Source: Corynebacterium amycolatum
GTDB lineage: Bacteria; Actinomycetota; Actinomycetes; Mycobacteriales; Mycobacteriaceae
Length of the DNA: 32,000 nucleotides
Assembly (NCBI RefSeq): GCF_049243625.1
Contig: NZ_CP046975.1
Strand: one strand, 5' to 3'
Made by a program: the position numbers and the translations under genes. Below, in pieces: positions 26,528 to 31,358 of the stretch. Position 1 is the stretch's first letter; each line of letters opens with the position of its first letter. The notes beneath the pieces are model-generated. The model had not been told where the DNA came from. It worked only from the letters and a program-made list of their open reading frames with translations, and did not search any database.

Positions 26528-26572
26528 TCACTATCTTTCACTCCTTTTCACGCACTTTCACGCACTTTCACG
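26528..26572 (+). repeat. Five TTCAC motifs at exact 10-bp phasing, including a tandem GCACTTTCAC x2
   Basis: TTCAC occurs at 26528, 26538, 26548, 26558 and 26568, each preceded by a T-rich run (tatcTTTCAC tccTTTTCAC gcaCTTTCAC gcaCTTTCAC). Confidence 0.85.
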
Positions 26573-26627
26573 GGTATTTTGAGCCAAAAGTGAGCCACAA
26601 ACGCACCACGCAATTGCGCCGTAAAGC

Positions 26628-26674
26628 AGTACGATTTCCGAACTCAAGAGTTCGGCTGTGAAATCGTACTTTTC
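26628..26674 (+). terminator. Strong composite hairpin followed by TTTT (orphan terminator or small-RNA 3' end)
   Basis: AGTACGATTTC-CGAACT-CAAG-AGTTCG-GCTGT-GAAATCGTACT, then TTTT. The outer stem is 11 bp, the inner stem is 6 bp, and there is a one-sided bulge. Confidence 0.5.
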
Positions 26675-26903
26675 GAAAACAGTATCGTTGCCTAGCCCCG
26701 CCTTGTAGGCATGAAAAACGCCCCGCCAGCCAAGCCGTTCGGGAAAACCGAACAACTCAAACTAGCGGGGCAAAGATTCTTGACTCATTCCTCGCTCGGT
26801 GGGTTCCGGGCCGTCGGTAGCGCCTGCGAATCCCCAACAATCCCGGTCAGTCTCGCCAAGTCCGGCTGCGGTGCGAAGCGTCCTGGGTTTAGTTCCGCTT
26901 CTT

Positions 26904-27510
26904 TTACTGCCCTGTACTGACCGGCTGGGTGAGATAGTACTCAGTTTCTATCTCTTGTGGGGCAGCGTAGTCCAATGCTTCGTGAAGGCGCTTGGTATTC
27001 CACCAATGCACCCACCGCAAGATGACCAGTTCGACTTCTCCGACCGCCGTCCATCGGCCTTGGGCATGAATGAGTTCCACTTTGTAGAAACCATTGACTG
27101 TTTCGGCCAGAGCATTGTCATAAGAAGCGCCGACTGTTCCCCCACTCGGGCGGATTCCAGGCTCAGATAAAGCCGTGGAATATTTCAATGACACGTACTG
27201 ACTGCTCCGATCACTATGGTGAATCAACTGGTTGCCATTAATCCGCCCCAGCAGTCGTTAACGCATGCTCCAAGGCCTCCATCGGTACGAATCGTCGAGC
27301 GAGTAGCAACACCAACAATTTTCCGGCTGAAGACATCAACGACAAACGCGGTGTAGACGAATCCGGACAGGGCGCGAACGTAAGTAATATCGGCAGCCCA
27401 AAGCCTGCCCGGTCCGTGTGCACGAAAGTTTCGCTGCACCAGGTCCGGGCGATGATCCGGTGCCTTCGGGCTGATCGTGGTGACCGGGGTTCGTCCACGT
27501 CTGCGGCCTT
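26904..27510 (-). mobile_element. IS3-family transposase (OrfB integrase core) remnant: 5'-truncated and frameshifted
   Basis: The reading is spread over three frames. These carry DLVQRNFRAHGPGRLWAADITYVRALSGFVYTAFVVDVFSRKIVG, then EALEHAL, then IHHSDRSSQYVS ... SYDNALAETVNGFYKVELIH ... WVHWWNTKRLHEALDY (DDE motifs). No OrfA and no N-terminal helix-turn-helix. The left boundary is approximate. Confidence 0.8.
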
Positions 27511-27795
27511 TTCCGCCTCCAATGCCGCCATGCGCTCTTGCACCTTGAGCAGCTCGCCCCAACTGACCTGTTCGGCTTCCCTGGCCTTCTTTACCTGTGG
27601 ATGAAGCTCCTTGTTTTCCGTGCGATACTTCGCTGCCTCACGACGAACCTTTTCCAACGCGGACTTGTAATCCTCGATGGTCATTACCTGCTTCTCTTCC
27701 GCGCCGTGATTCTCGCGAGCAGGTTCAGCCTGCACCGGAGCATCTGACGTGGAATCGGAGGCCGGTACATCAGCGGCCGCTTCATTCGTAGACAT
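27511..27795 (-). pseudogene. 5' stub of a phage scaffolding-like gene, truncated at the IS3 remnant
   Basis: ATG at 27795 preceded by AGGAGGGG. The peptide MSTNEAAADV ... TIEDYKSALEKVRREAAKYRTENKEL ... resembles the charged coiled-coil N-termini of phage scaffold (DUF4355-like) proteins. The frame then runs into out-of-frame IS3 sequence. Family assignment is weak. Confidence 0.3.
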
Positions 27796-27867
27796 AGATC
27801 TTTTTGCCCCTCCTGGGAGAAAAACACTTCGGGTACGCAAAACCCCACAGAGCCCGCCAGGGGGAAA

Positions 27868-27957
27868 TGGGGTCAATGCCCGAGGAATCGAACCCCGACG
27901 CCGTGACGCCCCATGCCGGTTTTCGAAACCGGTTGCCCACCACGGGCGGGGCCTTCC
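27868..27957 (-). pseudogene. tRNA-Ser(CGA)-like remnant whose acceptor stem does not close
   Basis: Read on the minus strand: GGAAGGC-CC-GCC-CGTGGTG-GGC-AA-CCGGT-TTCGAAA-ACCGG, then a poorly pairing 19-nt variable region, then CGGGG-TTCGATT-CCTCG-GGCATTG-A. The 3' strand GGCATTG cannot pair with the 5' strand GGAAGGC. Confidence 0.5.
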
Positions 27958-27964
27958 ATGACGG

Positions 27965-27998
27965 AGCCCGGCGCGCCCCGTAGTGGGGCGGCCGGGCT
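27965..27998. other. GC-rich 14-bp hairpin
   Basis: AGCCCGGC(G)CGCCCC, loop GTAGT, GGGGCG-GCCGGGCT. It lies 20 nt downstream of the stop of the 28018-28317 ORF and directly 5' of the tRNA-like remnant. No flanking U-tract. Confidence 0.6.
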
Positions 27999-28017
27999 GA
28001 TTAGGGCGTGATTCTGA

Positions 28018-28317
28018 TTAGCCCCAGTTCGGACCGAGGTCGATTACCGGATCCATCGCAGCGAACTCGACAACGAGATCGTGAGTAATGCCCTCTTCCT
28101 CTTCCCCCGGGATTGCATCGAAAATGATTGGCTCATCGGCCCAGGTCATAAGGAACTCACGCTTGAGAGATTCAGGCACATAAGCTCGGGCTTCGACGAG
28201 ATCATTGAGGAAGATTTCGAGGGTCAAGTCACCACCTGCTCCATGCAGCCGGTCGAACTGCACCCGCGGGCTAGACTCCTTCTCGATCCTCTGGCACAAC
28301 GAAACGATACCCATCAT
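28018..28317 (-). CDS. Hypothetical small acidic protein (99 aa)
   Basis: The ORF has a strong RBS (GGGAGGTGA 6 nt upstream of the ATG). No family recognised. It may be the 3' part of a larger frameshifted gene. Confidence 0.5.
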   Translation of the reverse strand: MMGIVSLCQRIEKESSPRVQFDRLHGAGGDLTLEIFLNDLVEARAYVPESLKREFLMTWADEPIIFDAIPGEEEEGITHDLVVEFAAMDPVIDLGPNWG

Positions 28318-28646
28318 TGAAAGTCACCTCCCGTATGTTTCCATCTTCGTCAATTCCGCGTACGCGTTCTCCTCGTGCGGAAAAAGACACTCGTAATTTT
28401 CAGGTCATATCCACTCGTCGACTTGGCCGGAGCCAGCTGGACAACTAAATCGAGTTCGTTGCCCTGCTCGAAAAGCTCAACCAACTGCTCACGCTGCTGC
28501 TTACTTAGCGAACTTCGTGCTCTCAATGAAAGCTACTCCCCACGAGTCGGTAACTGATTTCTCAGTCCAACTAATGGGGAGCAATTCACCAATGTGACGG
28601 GATTGATGATTGGAGTTAGTGATTACTACGGTGAAGACTGCCCAGA

Positions 28647-28976
28647 CTAGGTAAAGGTCTTAGCTGTTTCTACCAAATGCCACTTCCCTGTGTCATCACT
28701 AAGGTGCAACTCCGGTTTAATCCACTCCTTTTCGTTCAGTTTATAAAGCTCCTCATCTAAGAAGAGACCAAAATCTACACCATCAAAGCTGCTTGTAATA
28801 TAGTCCATTTTCTGCCAACCGGGTTCATTGATTCGCACAGGAATCTGCCACTGCAAATCCCGGCCCCGGTATCGAATCAAAACAGCATCGCCGTCAGATC
28901 CGATAAAAGCAGCATGGTCAGCATCGACATGGGTGTCTGCCTCAAGAGCACCGATAAATTTTTGTGCAAACCCCAT
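28647..28976 (-). CDS. Hypothetical small acidic cytoplasmic protein (109 aa), translationally coupled to the upstream secreted protein
   Basis: The ATG at 28976 lies 1 nt after the upstream TAG (28978-28980), with GAGGTG about 10 nt upstream. Hand count gives 20 Asp/Glu versus 11 Lys/Arg. No signal peptide. Confidence 0.55.
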   Translation of the reverse strand: MGFAQKFIGALEADTHVDADHAAFIGSDGDAVLIRYRGRDLQWQIPVRINEPGWQKMDYITSSFDGVDFGLFLDEELYKLNEKEWIKPELHLSDDTGKWHLVETAKTFT

Positions 28977-28977
28977 A

Positions 28978-29628
28978 CTATTTACACCTCGACGTATTGG
29001 TGGGGTAGGCAGTAATAACGTGGTGGCTATGTTCAGCGACAAAGATTGATGGTTCAAGTGTCTTTACAATTATCCCTCGGACTTTATCAACTAAGTAAAT
29101 CTGAGCGGACGCGCAAAACTTACCATCACGATTCTGACTTGAAGGTTCAACTCTCTTTGACCACGTAGTGTTCTCCAGTGCAGCATCAATCGCAATCCGG
29201 ATTAGTGAATCCCCGTCCTTTCCTTCAATGTCTGCGAGCGTTGACCATTCAGGATGATTCTGTCGGATGTGCTTTAATCCGTGATGAGCATCTCCACAGC
29301 GCAATGTAATTTCATTTGCGTGCATGAAGTCTTGCGGCGTTCCTAAATCAACATACTTCCAGCTTGCTACCGTTTTTAATGTGTCAGTTGCTGGACCGCA
29401 CGCTGCAAATGGCGGAAGCCCCGAATCGGGGTTCCACGACATGGGTACAGAGTTCAACGGATTCTCGTTGGGAATATCTGGCTTAATTCGCCATTCGAGA
29501 ACTCCTTGCTTAGCGAGTTCTTCAATACTTTCAGCATGTGCAGGTGAGGGTAACTGCACCAGACATAGAGATGCTATCCCAATCCCGGCCAACAACCTGT
29601 TGAAAAGACTTCGAATCTTCTTTTGCAT
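28978..29628 (-). CDS. Sec-secreted hypothetical protein with a His-rich cluster and 4 Cys
   Basis: The ATG at 29628 (RBS GAAGGGG) gives MQKKIRSLFNRLLAGIGIASLCLVQLPSPAHA / ESIEE, a classic signal peptide with an AHA cleavage site. The mature part carries RCGDAHHGLKHIRQNHPEW and a C-terminal EHSHHVITAYP. No family confidently recognised. Confidence 0.65.
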   Translation of the reverse strand: MQKKIRSLFNRLLAGIGIASLCLVQLPSPAHAESIEELAKQGVLEWRIKPDIPNENPLNSVPMSWNPDSGLPPFAACGPATDTLKTVASWKYVDLGTPQDFMHANEITLRCGDAHHGLKHIRQNHPEWSTLADIEGKDGDSLIRIAIDAALENTTWSKRVEPSSQNRDGKFCASAQIYLVDKVRGIIVKTLEPSIFVAEHSHHVITAYPTNTSRCK

Positions 29629-29740
29629 AAAGAACCCCTTCGGACGACCTATAGACAATCCAGGTACACAAATAAGTTAACGCATTAAAACACTATGTCT
29701 CCAGCCATTCGACTGCCGGGGTAGCCGGATGGCTGCCCTA

Positions 29741-29950
29741 TTATTTGCAGCCTGCCCAGTCTTCAGCAGGTCCAGCCGAATCTGATATGGTCGGCACGTT
29801 GATATCATTTGTGCACGTAACCTTCACCACGCGGAACGTGGTCATCACCGCCTGCTTAAATTCTTCAGGATGTGCTGATGGTACGGACAAGACGATTTCG
29901 TTCTCCACAAAGATCGGTGCCGACACGCTGACAATTATCGTGATACCCAT
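29741..29950 (-). CDS. Hypothetical 69-aa ORF (doubtful)
   Basis: ORF only. No convincing RBS and no recognisable motif. It lies in a decayed AT-richer region. Confidence 0.25.
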   Translation of the reverse strand: MGITIIVSVSAPIFVENEIVLSVPSAHPEEFKQAVMTTFRVVKVTCTNDINVPTISDSAGPAEDWAGCK

Positions 29951-30264
29951 TTGCCGATGGTATTGATTCTTTGGATCAATATGCAGGAACTAACCTACAA
30001 AGCAATCTCTACAGCATTGTATGCAAACCGAATTATCACTTTTAATTCGCGATGTGACTTTTCGATAATCCTTTCGTCTATTGCCACAAAGTACGTAGGA
30101 CTCCCCTAAGGCTCGCCTTCAGCAGCACCAATCATCCACGAACCATTAGAGAAATATGCATAATCAGCCATCTAATCCACATTTTTCTCGGCACAATCTG
30201 CACCGCGCCGAAGTTTTGCTGCCGACAGTCGCTCAACTGCCAGGTCACGCATTAAAACAGTCAA

Positions 30265-30332
30265 GACGGTTTCCGCTTCACCAGCAACCGTTCAGTGTGC
30301 AGCAAATGCATTCTGGTGAAGCGGAAACCGTC
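30265..30332 (+). repeat. Palindromic interspersed element, copy C (perfect 20-bp arms, 28-nt loop)
   Basis: GACGGTTTCCGCTTCACCAG - CAACCGTTCAGTGTGCAGCAAATGCATT - CTGGTGAAGCGGAAACCGTC. It is flanked by T-rich tracts on both strands and lies 66 nt downstream of the Ltp-family gene stop. Confidence 0.9.
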
Positions 30333-30397
30333 CTTTTGCAGCATGCATCCAAACGGGGCTCTGGCCAATTGGCGTCATCAACAAACGAAACCCGCTG

Positions 30398-30988
30398 CTA
30401 CAGGTTATCCGCCGCGTACTGAGCTTCCTCCGGGGTAAACTGCTCGCCATATTCCGACGTCAGCTGCTCGTAAATCGCATCCGGGGACATTGCCATCGAA
30501 TCCTGGTAAGAGCGCGCCTTTTCCAGTGCATTCTTATTCCAGTCCACTTCAAGGTTGTCCATTGCATACTGGGCAGCCTCCGGCGAGAACTTCTCGCCAT
30601 ACTCCGAGGTCAGCTGGTCATAGATGCCGGCCTTGGACATGTGCATCAAATCCGAGTAACTCTTGGCCTTGCGGAGAGCATTCTTGTACTCGGTCGGAGC
30701 CTTCTCTTCCTGCTTTTCCTGTTTTTCCTGCTCCTCCGCCTGGCCCTGCTGCTCCTCTAGAGCAGCCCCAGGGTTCTCAGCGAAATCGGCATTCTCAACA
30801 GAGCCAGAATCAGCCGCAACTGCAGTGTCCGAATCAAAGAGAGACGCAGCTTCAGAATCGGAGCCCGAATCAGCATCGCCGCCACCGGTCAAGCTGGCCG
30901 CCACGGCTAGGACCACAACAGCACCCGCGGCGATACCACCCCACTTGAAGCAGCCACCCTTCTTCTTTTCTTTCGGAGCCTGAGCCAT
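30398..30988 (-). CDS. Ltp-family (host cell surface-exposed / superinfection-exclusion type) repeat protein with an N-terminal membrane anchor
   Basis: Two copies of the Ltp repeat: NALRKAKSYSDLMHMSKAGIYDQLTSEYGEKFSPEAAQYAMDNL and NALEKARSYQDSMAMSPDAIYEQLTSEYGEQFTPEEAQYAADNL. A TM segment (GIAAGAVVVLAVAASL) precedes them. Confidence 0.75.
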   Translation of the reverse strand: MAQAPKEKKKGGCFKWGGIAAGAVVVLAVAASLTGGGDADSGSDSEAASLFDSDTAVAADSGSVENADFAENPGAALEEQQGQAEEQEKQEKQEEKAPTEYKNALRKAKSYSDLMHMSKAGIYDQLTSEYGEKFSPEAAQYAMDNLEVDWNKNALEKARSYQDSMAMSPDAIYEQLTSEYGEQFTPEEAQYAADNL

Positions 30989-31003
30989 CTGCCCAGCTGC
31001 CGA

Positions 31004-31156
31004 CTACCCCTGCGGGTAGGACTGTTGGCCGAGCGGATCCTGCGGGTTGTGCTGGTAGGACTGCTGCCCCAGCGAATCCTGGGAGCCATACGACCCCTCG
31101 GGGCCATACGGCCCCTGTGGGCACTGCGGGTTCTGAGGGAAAGTGGAATCGGACAT
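31004..31156 (-). CDS. Pro/Gln/Gly/Tyr-rich 50-codon ORF, in frame with the Ltp-family ORF and ended by TAG
   Basis: ATG at 31156 with AGGAGG 9 nt upstream. Peptide: MSDSTFPQNPQCPQGPYGPEGSYGSQDSLGQQSYQHNPQDPLGQQSYPQG*. It is in the same frame as 30398-30988, separated only by TAG plus 5 codons. Confidence 0.45.
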   Translation of the reverse strand: MSDSTFPQNPQCPQGPYGPEGSYGSQDSLGQQSYQHNPQDPLGQQSYPQG

Positions 31157-31300
31157 CGTAAGAAGCCTCCTGTGTAGAAGTTGCAATAAACGAACAGCTC
31201 TCTGTCGTCAGTTGGAACTATCTCAGGAACCCTGGATTCAATCTTCCGCACTACACAAAAATTTTCGATTCACGAACCATAAGACGCCGATTAAGGTAAG

Positions 31301-31342
31301 AAAAAACCAGGCTTTGCCCACAAAAACAGGGCATGGACCTGG
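31301..31342 (-). terminator. Rho-independent terminator of metY
   Basis: Read on the minus strand: CCAGG-TCCAT-GCCC-TGTTTTTGT-GGGC-AAAG-CCTGG, followed by TTTTTT. It begins 17 nt downstream of the stop. Confidence 0.7.
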
Positions 31343-31358
31343 CTAAACTCTCGACAAA

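Noticed and set aside
26528-26572. Possibility that the short phased repeats are a CRISPR array
   Set aside because: The units are only 10 bp with no unique spacers. No CRISPR-like repeat-spacer architecture or cas genes occur anywhere in the window.
26461-31342. Direct repeat of the tRNA 3' end to delimit the island
   Set aside because: Scanning by eye for GAGTCTCAC or CCGGGGGCA-like strings found no copy. The island's right boundary is therefore inferred only from gene content.
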